Shown here one piece after another: positions 43,577 through 52,757 of a DNA stretch of 64,000 bases; positions within the stretch are counted from its first letter, which is position 1, and every line of letters starts with the position of its first letter. The notes beneath the pieces were generated by a model. The model saw only the letters and a list, made by a program, of their open reading frames with translations. It searched no databases and was not told where the DNA came from. The stretch is from Candidatus Omnitrophota bacterium (GTDB lineage: Bacteria; Omnitrophota; Gorgyraeia; Zapsychrales; Fredricksoniimonadaceae), in the NCBI GenBank assembly GCA_002753465.1, contig PEAF01000005.1, positions 867 to 64,866 of the forward strand, read 5' to 3'. The translations under genes and the position numbers were made by a program.

Positions 43577-44659
43577 TTACTGATCGGACTTCTCATCCTC
43601 GGCTTCAGGCGCCTCTTGCGCTTCGGCATCACCAGCAGGTTCTTCAACTTCCTCGACAACCTCCTCAACGACCTCAACCTCCTTGGTCGTTTCACCCGAC
43701 TGCTGCTTAAGATGTTCTTCCCACTGATTCGCGGAAAAAATATCAAGCTCCCATCCTAAAAGACGGCCAGCCAAACGGACATTCTGGCCATATCGCCCGA
43801 TCGCGATCGAAAGCTGATCGTCAGCAACGATAATATTTGCCTTTTTCTCGAGGCTCAAAAGCTGCATCTGTGAAATCTCCGCCGGAGAAAGGGCCGCCTG
43901 AATGTACTCTTTGATATCCGCAGAATAACGGACAATATCGATCTTTTCACCGTGCAGTTCATTGACAATATTCTTAACACGGGAACCGCGCATACCGACG
44001 CACGCGCCTACACAGTCCACCTTGTCATCCTTTGAATAAACAGAGATCTTGGTGCGTTCACCCGGATCCCGCGCAATGGCCTTTACCTCAATAATGCCCT
44101 CATAGATCTCAGGCACTTCAAGTTCGAACAGGCGCTTGACGAAATTAGGATGCGCACGCGACAGAACGATCTGCGGCCCGCGCGATTCACGCTGGACCTC
44201 AAGGATAAAAGCGCGCACGCGATCTCCCTGCTTAAACTCTTCCTTGCCGCACAACTCCGTGCGCGGGATTATGGCTTCAGTTTTTCCAAGATCAACGATC
44301 AAATTACCCCGGTCAAAACGATAAACGCTGCCGGAAATGATCTGGCCGACGCGGATGCTATACTCGTTATAGACAACATCTTTTTCAGCTTCACGGATCT
44401 TCTGGAAAACGACCTGCTTGGCGGTCTGAGCGGCAATGCGGCCGAACTCATTAGAGCGGATCTCCTGGCCGTTAGCGAACGCCTGGATCTTGCCCGTTTT
44501 AAGGTCAAGTTTAGCCGTAACATCTTCTTCCTTGCCTACTGTCCAAACCTTACGCGCGGCAGAAGCAACGGCCGCCTCGACAGCCTCGATCAAAACTTCC
44601 TTGGCAATACCCTTATCGCGTTCGATCTGTTCAAGGACCGTCATTAATTCACTTTCCAT
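43577..44659 (-). CDS. nusA: Transcription termination/antitermination factor NusA
   Basis: 360 aa. S1 and KH regions (GQIISGSVYRFDRGNLIVDLG; GACVGMRGSRVKNIVNEL) and an acidic tail. Confidence 0.95.
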   Translation of the reverse strand: MESELMTVLEQIERDKGIAKEVLIEAVEAAVASAARKVWTVGKEEDVTAKLDLKTGKIQAFANGQEIRSNEFGRIAAQTAKQVVFQKIREAEKDVVYNEYSIRVGQIISGSVYRFDRGNLIVDLGKTEAIIPRTELCGKEEFKQGDRVRAFILEVQRESRGPQIVLSRAHPNFVKRLFELEVPEIYEGIIEVKAIARDPGERTKISVYSKDDKVDCVGACVGMRGSRVKNIVNELHGEKIDIVRYSADIKEYIQAALSPAEISQMQLLSLEKKANIIVADDQLSIAIGRYGQNVRLAGRLLGWELDIFSANQWEEHLKQQSGETTKEVEVVEEVVEEVEEPAGDAEAQEAPEAEDEKSDQ

Positions 44660-44670
44660 AAACCCCTCTT

Positions 44671-45135
44671 TTAGTTAATGATCTGCTTTGCTTTTTCTAT
44701 TTTATCCATGGGCAGAACAACTTCACCCTTGCGGGCCTGCACAATGATCGCCGCCTCAGATACGGCCTGCAACAAACCTGAATATTCACGCTTACCATTT
44801 ACAGGTTCTTTAAGAAAAACCTGCACGTCACGGCCAAGAACACGCCGGAGATCCCGATAACCGATCAGCGCACGGTCCAGACCCGGCGATGACACTTCAA
44901 GGGTGTAATTGTCCCCTAAATTAAGCTCGCTATCGATCTTAACCACAAGTGCATGATTCAGGCGCGTACATTCTTCCATGCCGATCCCGCCTTCAGGCTT
45001 ATCCGCAAAAACCTGCAGGTTCATCACATTGTTATGGACATTGACATTAACGTGCACGATCTCAATACCGATCTCGTCGCAAATCGATTGTGCAAGGTTT
45101 CTGATATCCGCGGCCAGTGCATCGAAACTTCCCAT
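44671..45135 (-). CDS. rimP: Ribosome maturation factor RimP
   Basis: 154 aa. YTLEVSSPGLDRAL motif. It lies upstream of nusA. Confidence 0.9.
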   Translation of the reverse strand: MGSFDALAADIRNLAQSICDEIGIEIVHVNVNVHNNVMNLQVFADKPEGGIGMEECTRLNHALVVKIDSELNLGDNYTLEVSSPGLDRALIGYRDLRRVLGRDVQVFLKEPVNGKREYSGLLQAVSEAAIIVQARKGEVVLPMDKIEKAKQIIN

Positions 45136-45144
45136 AAGAATAAC

Positions 45145-46329
45145 CTATTTTTTGACCAAAAACAAAACACGCTCAAGAGCCCCTTCCAAAGGAACACTCT
45201 CGACCACGCCGGTAGCGCGATCCTTGATCTCAACTTTTCCTTCTTGGAGACCGCGTTTGCCGATCGTCACGCGGAAAGGGATGCCGATGAGGTCTGCGTC
45301 GTTGAACTTGCGTCCAGCGCTATCGTCACGATCATCCATTAAAACATCAATTCCCTGTTTTGTCAACTCATCATATAGACGCTGCGCGAGCTCCATGGTC
45401 TGCGGATCAGCCACCTGCAGGGGAAGTATTTCAACCTGGAACGGCGCCACGCCGATCGGCCATTTTATACCTTTTTCATCGTGATGCACCTCAATGATGG
45501 TCGCGATCAATCGACTGACGCCGATACCGTAGCACCCCATGATAATAGGTTGCAACTTGCCCGTTTCATCAAGATAAAGTGCACCCAAAGCTTCTGTATA
45601 TTTTGTACCTAACTGGAAAATATGCCCGACCTCGATCGCCTGATGCTCAACACCGTTCTCATCAGTGGCTTTATCTTCACCGATCGCCGCCGGAACAAGG
45701 AATTCATGCGAGATCTTGCCACCCATCGCGCCGGTATCCGCCTCGGCAATGATCGGCTTGAGCCCGCAACGGTCAAAAATGTTCTTATATGCCTTATACA
45801 TGGCATCATAGTTCTTCTTAAGGCCGGCATCGTCGATATCGAAGCTGTAGGCATCTTTCATGATAAATTCACATGCACGCACAACACCGAAACGCGGACG
45901 GGTCTCATCACGGAATTTAGTCTGGATCTGATAAAGCGTGACCGGCAGCTGACGGTATGACTGCACAAAACTTTTAACAAGATCAGTAATGATCTCTTCA
46001 TGGGTTGGGCCTAAACACATGGCCGCACCTTTTTTGTTCTTGAAACGTATCATCACATCTTCAAGGGTCTTGTCGCGTCCTGTTTTCTGCCAGAGCTCCA
46101 TCGGATGCTGTGCCGGCATCAGAAGTTCGTGAGCTCCCGCGGCATTGATCTCTTCGCGAATAATATCCTGGATCTTACGTAAGACACGCCACCCGAGCGG
46201 AAGATAAGAATAAACCCCGGATGTCAGCATATGCACCAAACCTGAACGTAACAGAAGCTGATGGCTGATGGCTTCAGTTCCTGTCGGAACTTCCTTGAGC
46301 GTAGGGATAAAATACTTTGACCACTTCAT
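45145..46329 (-). CDS. proS: Proline--tRNA ligase, bacterial type but lacking the INS editing domain
   Basis: 394 aa. Motif 2 FRDETRPRFGVVRACEFIMKDAYSF, then only about 20 residues (AAIGEDKATDENGVEHQA) where E. coli-type enzymes carry about 180 aa. Next comes IEVGHIFQLGTKY ... GCYGIGVSR and the anticodon-binding domain. Confidence 0.85.
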   Translation of the reverse strand: MKWSKYFIPTLKEVPTGTEAISHQLLLRSGLVHMLTSGVYSYLPLGWRVLRKIQDIIREEINAAGAHELLMPAQHPMELWQKTGRDKTLEDVMIRFKNKKGAAMCLGPTHEEIITDLVKSFVQSYRQLPVTLYQIQTKFRDETRPRFGVVRACEFIMKDAYSFDIDDAGLKKNYDAMYKAYKNIFDRCGLKPIIAEADTGAMGGKISHEFLVPAAIGEDKATDENGVEHQAIEVGHIFQLGTKYTEALGALYLDETGKLQPIIMGCYGIGVSRLIATIIEVHHDEKGIKWPIGVAPFQVEILPLQVADPQTMELAQRLYDELTKQGIDVLMDDRDDSAGRKFNDADLIGIPFRVTIGKRGLQEGKVEIKDRATGVVESVPLEGALERVLFLVKK

Positions 46330-46367
46330 GTACTAAACTCCTGTTAAACGTAAATTAAAAATGCCGC

Positions 46368-47657
46368 TCAATGCGTGAATTCCAAGGGGATCTTGATATT
46401 GCGCTTGGCGAACTTATCGGCGAATGAGGGCGTTTTCCGGGTCGCAACCCAATCACCGATGATCTTACCTGTAACTTCGTCCATCTTTTCCTGCTTGAAC
46501 GTAAAAACATCTTCCAATGAAACCTTGTTTTCCTTCTTATCGTAACGCAGATCCGTGATATGCAATACACGACGGACGCCGTCAATGCAAAGCTCGGAAT
46601 AAACGATCAGATCGATCGATGTGGCCACCTGACGCTGTATCTGCTCGCCTGAAAGGCGGATACCGGACATGAGCATCATGGTGATCATGCGGTTGAAACA
46701 CTCTTCAGGTGAATCGGCGTGTACGATCGACAATGTACCGGAATGGCCGGATGAGATCGACTGGATCATGTCGAGGATCTCTTCACCTCTGACCTCACCG
46801 ACGATAATACGATCAGGCCGCATGCGCAATGAGTTCACAAAAAGATCGCGGATGGTTACCGCCCCCTTGCCTTCCACATTCGCCGCTTTCGACTGAAGAT
46901 TGACCACATGTTCCTGCAGGAGCCTTAACTCTGACGTGTCTTCAATGGTGATGATGCGCTCTTCTTCATTAATATGCGCCGAGAGGACGTTCAATATTGT
47001 CGTTTTACCGGAACCCGTCGCCCCGCAGAAAACAATGTTAAGCTTGGCCTTGATCGCGGCCACGAGAAAATCAACCATCTGCTTGTTAACCGTCTTTAAC
47101 TCGATCAAATTCTCCATGGTACCGATATCCCTGGAAAATTTCCTTATGGTCATGATGGCGCCGTTTAGCGTACACGGAGGGATAATGACGTTAACACGTG
47201 AGCCGTCAGGCATTGAAAAATCAACATAGGGTGATGATTCATCTATACGGCGAGGCGTACCTGAAGCCGTAAGTATCTTCTGAAGCGTATGCATTAAATG
47301 AGCATTATCGTCGAACTTGATATCCGTGCGCGTGATCTTGCCCTGCTTTTGAATATAAATATGCTTGGGCCCATTGATCATGATCTCGGTAATGTCCTTA
47401 TCTTCCATCAAAGAGCGCAACGGCCCAAGACTGACCGCCGCCGCTGTCAACTCACGGATCAGGCGGACCCGGTCCTCAAAGGTGACGACAAGTTCATTTT
47501 CACGGCAAAGATCAGCGATCGCCTTATCGACGAACATACGCAACTGATCTTCATTCATGGCGTCTTTCAGTTTAAGAAAGTCCGTCTTGGAAATAATAAA
47601 CCTGTGTAACTGCCCTTTAAGGTCCTCATAATCAGTTGGTTTAGGTTGTGCCGCCAT
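46368..47657 (-). CDS. CpaF/TadA-family secretion ATPase (orphan)
   Basis: 429 aa. ITEIMINGP, Walker A GATGSGKTT, IITIEDTSEL, RPDRIIVGEVRGEE and GHSGTLSIVHA. Confidence 0.85.
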   Translation of the reverse strand: MAAQPKPTDYEDLKGQLHRFIISKTDFLKLKDAMNEDQLRMFVDKAIADLCRENELVVTFEDRVRLIRELTAAAVSLGPLRSLMEDKDITEIMINGPKHIYIQKQGKITRTDIKFDDNAHLMHTLQKILTASGTPRRIDESSPYVDFSMPDGSRVNVIIPPCTLNGAIMTIRKFSRDIGTMENLIELKTVNKQMVDFLVAAIKAKLNIVFCGATGSGKTTILNVLSAHINEEERIITIEDTSELRLLQEHVVNLQSKAANVEGKGAVTIRDLFVNSLRMRPDRIIVGEVRGEEILDMIQSISSGHSGTLSIVHADSPEECFNRMITMMLMSGIRLSGEQIQRQVATSIDLIVYSELCIDGVRRVLHITDLRYDKKENKVSLEDVFTFKQEKMDEVTGKIIGDWVATRKTPSFADKFAKRNIKIPLEFTH

Positions 47658-47669
47658 TATCCCTCCCTT

Positions 47670-48782
47670 TTATCTGAAGAAAGCCCGCACTTTATCGATC
47701 AATCCGATACGTTCAAAATCGACATAAAACACAAAAATGGCTAAAGCAATGATCAAGCCGAATCCAAACTTCATCACAATGTCTTCCGTCTTGACAGATA
47801 ATGCACGGCCACGGAGCTTTTCAAGGCCGATCAAGGCTAAATGACCGCCATCCAGCGGGATGAGCGGCAAAACATTGAAAAGGGCAAGGCTGGCGCTGAT
47901 GATACCGACTATATGCAGCAGGAATGAAAAACCGACACCCGCCGCAAATTTAACAATAAAGAATATACCGACGAGCCCCGTGACGCCATCTTTAGCGGAG
48001 CGCTGCCCCGTGACGATCTCCCACAAGCTCACGTATGTCTTGACAGTTATCGTCGAGAGTTCCTCTGCCCCTTTGATAAATGACTCAAAGAAACCGTACT
48101 TCTTTATAACAAGCTTCTCAGGTTTATCCAGACCCGTCGGCTGAATACCGATACGCGCAACGGAATGTTCACGGCCGAAAATATCCTTCGTCTTCTCAAG
48201 CCTGGGCGTCACTTTTAATGCCACAACGGCCTGTCCGCGGGAAACCTCGACATCCAGCGTCTTACCCTGCGAAGCCATGACCCTGTCCTGCATTTCAGCC
48301 CAATTGAGGATCTTCACGCCGTCGATGGATATCAAAACGTCATTGGCCGCGAAACCGGCCTGCTGTGCCGCTGAAGCCGCCATGACTTTTCCGACTTTGG
48401 CCGGCAAAGCTTTAGACGACGCATCAAGATCAACCGCGCCGATCCAGAAAACAACAACAAAACAAAGGTAGGCTAAAAGATAATTCACGACCGGCCCCAT
48501 AAGGATGATCAGGGCGCGCTGGCCCATTGACTTTGAAAAGTACTCGTCCGGAGCACCCTTGCAATTAGTCCTCTCATCACCGGCCATCTTGACGTAACCG
48601 CCTAAAGGTATCGCGCAAATACGGTAATCGGTATCGCCTTTTTTCCAGCCGCAAAGTTTCGGGCCGAAACCGAACGCAAATTCTTCAACACGGACGCCCA
48701 GTTTTCTAGCCATTAAAAAGTGGCCTGCTTCATGCACAACGATCAAAAGCCCGAGAATAAAAACAAAAATTAAAAACGTCAT
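47670..48782 (-). CDS. rseP: RIP site-2 metalloprotease RseP
   Basis: HEAGHFLMA (HExxH), a PDZ segment and NVLPLIPLDGGH. ATG at 48782 forms an ATGA overlap with the dxr stop; the track start 48824 is less likely. Confidence 0.9.
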   Translation of the reverse strand: MTFLIFVFILGLLIVVHEAGHFLMARKLGVRVEEFAFGFGPKLCGWKKGDTDYRICAIPLGGYVKMAGDERTNCKGAPDEYFSKSMGQRALIILMGPVVNYLLAYLCFVVVFWIGAVDLDASSKALPAKVGKVMAASAAQQAGFAANDVLISIDGVKILNWAEMQDRVMASQGKTLDVEVSRGQAVVALKVTPRLEKTKDIFGREHSVARIGIQPTGLDKPEKLVIKKYGFFESFIKGAEELSTITVKTYVSLWEIVTGQRSAKDGVTGLVGIFFIVKFAAGVGFSFLLHIVGIISASLALFNVLPLIPLDGGHLALIGLEKLRGRALSVKTEDIVMKFGFGLIIALAIFVFYVDFERIGLIDKVRAFFR

Positions 48783-49933
48783 GATACCCTTTCTACAATT
48801 TCCTGCGCCTTCTGGCGTGCCCATCCATCAGCATATTTGATATCCAAAAGACCAGGTCTTGGCACATTAACATGTTTAGACAACGTGCGCTCGACTACAG
48901 AATGAATCCCGGTGAATTTTATCTTTCCTTTCAGGAACGCCTCAACAGCGATCTCATCGGCTGCATTAAGCACTGTCGGTGCCGTGCCTGCCTGACGCGC
49001 CGCCGCATAAGCTAATTTAAGCGACGGGAATTTCTTAAGATCCGGAGCCTCGAATGTCAGCGCTTTCAATTGAACCAGGTCCAGGCGCTTCAACGGCATC
49101 GGCAACCGTTCTGGATACGTTAACGCATACTGAATGGGCAGGCGCATATCCGTCACACCCAGTTGCGCAATGATCGACCCGTCAATAAACTCGACCATTG
49201 AATGGATGATCGCCTCCGGATGGATCAGCACATTGATCTTATCGACACCTACACCAAACAACCGCTGGGCCTCGATCACCTCAAACCCTTTGTTCATGAG
49301 CGTTGCCGAGTCGACCGTGATCTTGGCGCCCATTTTCCAGCGCGGATGCGCCAAAATATCTTTTACTGAAACCTGATCATGTTTCATGCGCGGCAAACAG
49401 CGTAACGCGCCACCTGATGCGGTCAAATGGATCTGATGAAGGTCTTGGGTATTGCGCCCCTCCAGACACTGAAAGATCGCGCTCTGCTCACTATCAACAG
49501 GAACGATAACAGATCCGCTCCTGCGGGCAGCTTCCATTAAAATATCCCCGGCCATGACCAGTGCTTCTTTGTTGGCAGGCGCCACTTTCTTGCCCGCACG
49601 TACGGCAGCCAGAAAAGGCTCTAAGGCCGCCGCCCCTGTCATCGCGATAACGACCACATCGATATCAGCCCTTGATACAAGTTCGGGAAGGTCTCTCTGG
49701 GCATCAAAGAACTTTACCCTGCTGTGATCTTTCTTCAGCTGCGGCAAATGAACCGACGCCATGGCCACAAATTTAGGGGCATACTGACGGATCTGTGAAC
49801 GTATCAAGTTCACACTGTTATGCGCGGCTAAAAGCACCACTTCAAACCTGTCCGGATGGGCTGCAATGACCTTAAGGGCATTAACGCCTATCGAACCGGT
49901 TGAACCAAGGATAGCAATGCGTTTCTTTTTCAT
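48779..49933 (-). CDS. dxr: 1-deoxy-D-xylulose 5-phosphate reductoisomerase
   Basis: 384 aa. ILGSTGSIG, PVDSEQSA and NKGFEVIEA. Confidence 0.95.
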   Translation of the reverse strand: MKKKRIAILGSTGSIGVNALKVIAAHPDRFEVVLLAAHNSVNLIRSQIRQYAPKFVAMASVHLPQLKKDHSRVKFFDAQRDLPELVSRADIDVVVIAMTGAAALEPFLAAVRAGKKVAPANKEALVMAGDILMEAARRSGSVIVPVDSEQSAIFQCLEGRNTQDLHQIHLTASGGALRCLPRMKHDQVSVKDILAHPRWKMGAKITVDSATLMNKGFEVIEAQRLFGVGVDKINVLIHPEAIIHSMVEFIDGSIIAQLGVTDMRLPIQYALTYPERLPMPLKRLDLVQLKALTFEAPDLKKFPSLKLAYAAARQAGTAPTVLNAADEIAVEAFLKGKIKFTGIHSVVERTLSKHVNVPRPGLLDIKYADGWARQKAQEIVERVS

Positions 49934-49936
49934 GCC

Positions 49937-50758
49937 TTACCGTAGATTGAAAACAACGCTCATATAAAGGTAGAATGCCGGCACCGAAAACAAAAGGCTG
50001 TCGATCAGATCCAGGATGCCGCCGATACCCGGAACAAAATTCCCGGAATCTTTGACGTTGCAATCCCGCTTGATCAGCGACTCGGAAAGATCTCCCAATT
50101 GCCCCAAACAACCGAAAAAACACCCCAGCAGGGCAACATAAGCCGGCGTAAACTGTTCGAACGGCGGAAGCCACCCGCGGCACAAGACCGCCACAACCGC
50201 ACTGCACAAAAGCCCACCCAGGGTTCCCTCAACTGATTTATTCGGGCTGACATTGGGCAAAAGCGGATGTTTGCCGAAAGCGCTGCCGATCAAAAGCGCA
50301 CCGATATCACTTGATTTGGTAACAGCTACGATAAAAAGGACCAGCTTTGCCCCCTCGAACCCAGGCAAAAGCAAATAGGTTTTTACGATGAAGCTGAAGA
50401 ACCACGAAACATAAAGCACACCGAAAAGAGTCGTCGATAAACCGAGTATGGCATTGCGATTATCCTTGCGGTTGAATTGAAGCATCAGAATGAGCAGGAA
50501 CGCACACACAATAAAAAGCAACTCCCAGTTCTTGGTCAGCTCGAAACGCGTAAATATTGACAAAGGAATAAGCACGCCGATAAAGATGCCTGTGTAGCTG
50601 TAAATAGGGATATCTTTTTTCTTGATTAGATAAAAAAACTCGTACAACCCGCCCGCCGTCAGCAGGCAAATAAGTATAATAAAAAACCATGGGTAAAATG
50701 CTGCAAGCGCGATCAACGAGATAGCCACGACGCTGCTGACAAAGCGCAACCAATTCAT
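49937..50758 (-). CDS. cdsA: Phosphatidate cytidylyltransferase
   Basis: 273 aa polytopic protein. SLIKRDCNVKDSGNFVPGIGGILDLIDSLLF signature. Confidence 0.9.
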   Translation of the reverse strand: MNWLRFVSSVVAISLIALAAFYPWFFIILICLLTAGGLYEFFYLIKKKDIPIYSYTGIFIGVLIPLSIFTRFELTKNWELLFIVCAFLLILMLQFNRKDNRNAILGLSTTLFGVLYVSWFFSFIVKTYLLLPGFEGAKLVLFIVAVTKSSDIGALLIGSAFGKHPLLPNVSPNKSVEGTLGGLLCSAVVAVLCRGWLPPFEQFTPAYVALLGCFFGCLGQLGDLSESLIKRDCNVKDSGNFVPGIGGILDLIDSLLFSVPAFYLYMSVVFNLR

Positions 50759-51471
50759 CGTATCTCCCCTTTACCTGTAGTCCCAAAACGCCGGTCACGT
50801 TCCGCAAAATCAGCCAAGGCTAGCCGGAATTCATCGGGCGTAAAATCAGGCCAGCACTTTTCCGTAAAATAAAACTCCGCATACGAAAGTTGCCACAACA
50901 GAAAATTACTGATCCGCTTCTCACCGGATGTCCGTATCAAAAGATCCGGATCGGGCAAACCGGCCGTATAAAGCTTTGAAGCAAAAAGCTCCTCATTGAT
51001 CTTATCAACGGACAACCGTCCTGCCGCACAATCAGCCGCAATCGACTTCACGGCCTCCAGTATCTCCTGACGGCTGCCATAATTAAAAGCAATATTAAGA
51101 ACTAATCCCTTATTGTTTTTGGTCGTTTCAACGGCACGGTCAAACGCCTCCAATACCGAGGCCGGTGCATTCGTCCGGCAGCCAGAAACACGCAAACGGA
51201 CATTATTAGCACACATCTTCTGCAATCGCTGGCCAAGAGCCGCTACCAGTGTCTGCATCAGCATCGATACTTCAGACGCATCGCGCTTCCAGTTCTCAGT
51301 CGAGAAAGTATAAAGTGTCAGCGCCTCCAGGCCTGCATCACGTGCGGCCTCAACGATCTCGTCCACACGCTTTACACCTTCAATATGCCCGTGCGTACGC
51401 GCAAGACCTCGGGCCTTCGCCCAACGGCCGTTACCATCCATAATGATCGCTACATGCTTTGGGATCTTCAT
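50755..51471 (-). CDS. uppS: Undecaprenyl diphosphate synthase
   Basis: 238 aa. HVAIIMDGNGRWA and RTSGEKRISNFLLWQLSYAEF. Confidence 0.95.
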   Translation of the reverse strand: MKIPKHVAIIMDGNGRWAKARGLARTHGHIEGVKRVDEIVEAARDAGLEALTLYTFSTENWKRDASEVSMLMQTLVAALGQRLQKMCANNVRLRVSGCRTNAPASVLEAFDRAVETTKNNKGLVLNIAFNYGSRQEILEAVKSIAADCAAGRLSVDKINEELFASKLYTAGLPDPDLLIRTSGEKRISNFLLWQLSYAEFYFTEKCWPDFTPDEFRLALADFAERDRRFGTTGKGEIR

Positions 51472-51553
51472 TCATGCCCTCATTAAATAAAATGGGGGAT
51501 CCTTGTCCCCCATCAACACGCAACCGCCAAAACAGCATCCGCACACTAAAACT

Positions 51554-52069
51554 TCATTTCTTCGCTTCGGCCGCCAGGGCCATGGCCGCAACCTGTTCCT
51601 GCGCTTTACGCTCAGCCAACTCAGCCCTTGCCGCCGCCTGCTTCAGTTCTTCAGCCGCCCGGCGTGACGCCTCCTGGGCCTCACTCAATTTAGCTTCCAG
51701 TTCTGCACGTTTGGCTATCGCATCGTCAAGATTCTTACGCAGATCCGACTCCTGAGAGCGCCCCTGCTGCGTCGTCTTCTCAAGATCCGACTTCAGCGCT
51801 GTATTCTCATCTTTTGACTTATCAAATGATTCCTGTATCCTCGAAAGTTTGACCTGTGTCGTCTGCAGATCCGCCTCGAGTTTCTTCACGCGATACTCAC
51901 CGCGCTGAAGCTCTTCTTCGGCCGTCATACGGCTGTAACGTTCCTGCTCCAGGATCTTGGTAACATCCGTATTCTCTTTATTGAAACGTACCAAAAGAAG
52001 GACGCTGCCTACGGCCACGATAAAAACGATGAAAAAAATAAAATTCTTCAATGAAGCCCCTGGGATCAC
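51554..52069 (-). CDS. Membrane-anchored coiled-coil protein
   Basis: 171 aa. N-terminal TM helix (FIFFIVFIVAVGSVLLLV), then E/K/A/Q-rich heptad-like sequence to the C-terminus. Confidence 0.5.
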   Translation of the reverse strand: MIPGASLKNFIFFIVFIVAVGSVLLLVRFNKENTDVTKILEQERYSRMTAEEELQRGEYRVKKLEADLQTTQVKLSRIQESFDKSKDENTALKSDLEKTTQQGRSQESDLRKNLDDAIAKRAELEAKLSEAQEASRRAAEELKQAAARAELAERKAQEQVAAMALAAEAKK

Positions 52070-52683
52070 TGTGTTAATTCTTGTGCCGACTTCTTAACGA
52101 CTGGCGGCAAAATAACGATCTCGACACGGCGATTCTTTTGCCGTCCGACCTTATCATCATTGGAGGCAACCGGACGGTACTCACCATAACCTATAGCTGC
52201 AAGACGACTTGGTTTAACCCCGCCTTTTTCTTCAAGCTGATGCAGCACGCTAAGTGCGCGCGCCGAAGAAAGCTCCCAATTGGATTTCCAGGTTGAAAGC
52301 TTGATGGGATCATTATCCGTATGCCCCTCAATACCAACACTGAGCTCGGGAACTACCGTCTGAAGGACCTGCGAGACCTTGTCGAGTTTTGCCAAGGAAT
52401 CTTCACGCAAGAGATCTTTGCCTGAATCGAAAAGAACTTCGGCGACAAAGGTGATCACAAGGCCTTTTTCAAGCATTTCGACCTTGACTTCTTTATCGGC
52501 GATCTCCTGGGAAAGGCGATCTTCAAGTTCTTTCTTGGCACGCTCTAAAGCGCTTAATTCACCCTTAAGGCGCGAGATCTTCTCCACATCGACCGTACGG
52601 CCCTTCTGAAGAATGATCGTACACCCGTTCAATGACATGCCAAGGGTAACGATCAATACTGAAAATAAGACCTGCTTTAACAT
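52066..52683 (-). CDS. OmpA/MotB-domain lipoprotein with coiled-coil linker
   Basis: Lipobox LGMSLNGC. OmpA_C-like domain: FDSGKDLL ... GHTDNDPI ... NWELSSARALSV ... NRRVEIVIL. The likely start is ATG 52683, with GGAG upstream; the track start is 52731. Confidence 0.75.
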   Translation of the reverse strand: MLKQVLFSVLIVTLGMSLNGCTIILQKGRTVDVEKISRLKGELSALERAKKELEDRLSQEIADKEVKVEMLEKGLVITFVAEVLFDSGKDLLREDSLAKLDKVSQVLQTVVPELSVGIEGHTDNDPIKLSTWKSNWELSSARALSVLHQLEEKGGVKPSRLAAIGYGEYRPVASNDDKVGRQKNRRVEIVILPPVVKKSAQELTQ

Positions 52684-52757
52684 ACTGAACTCCTTCAAAT
52701 TCAAATTAACATGTGCGCATTTCAACGTCAAGATTTTCGCCTGTTATTGAGAAACCT

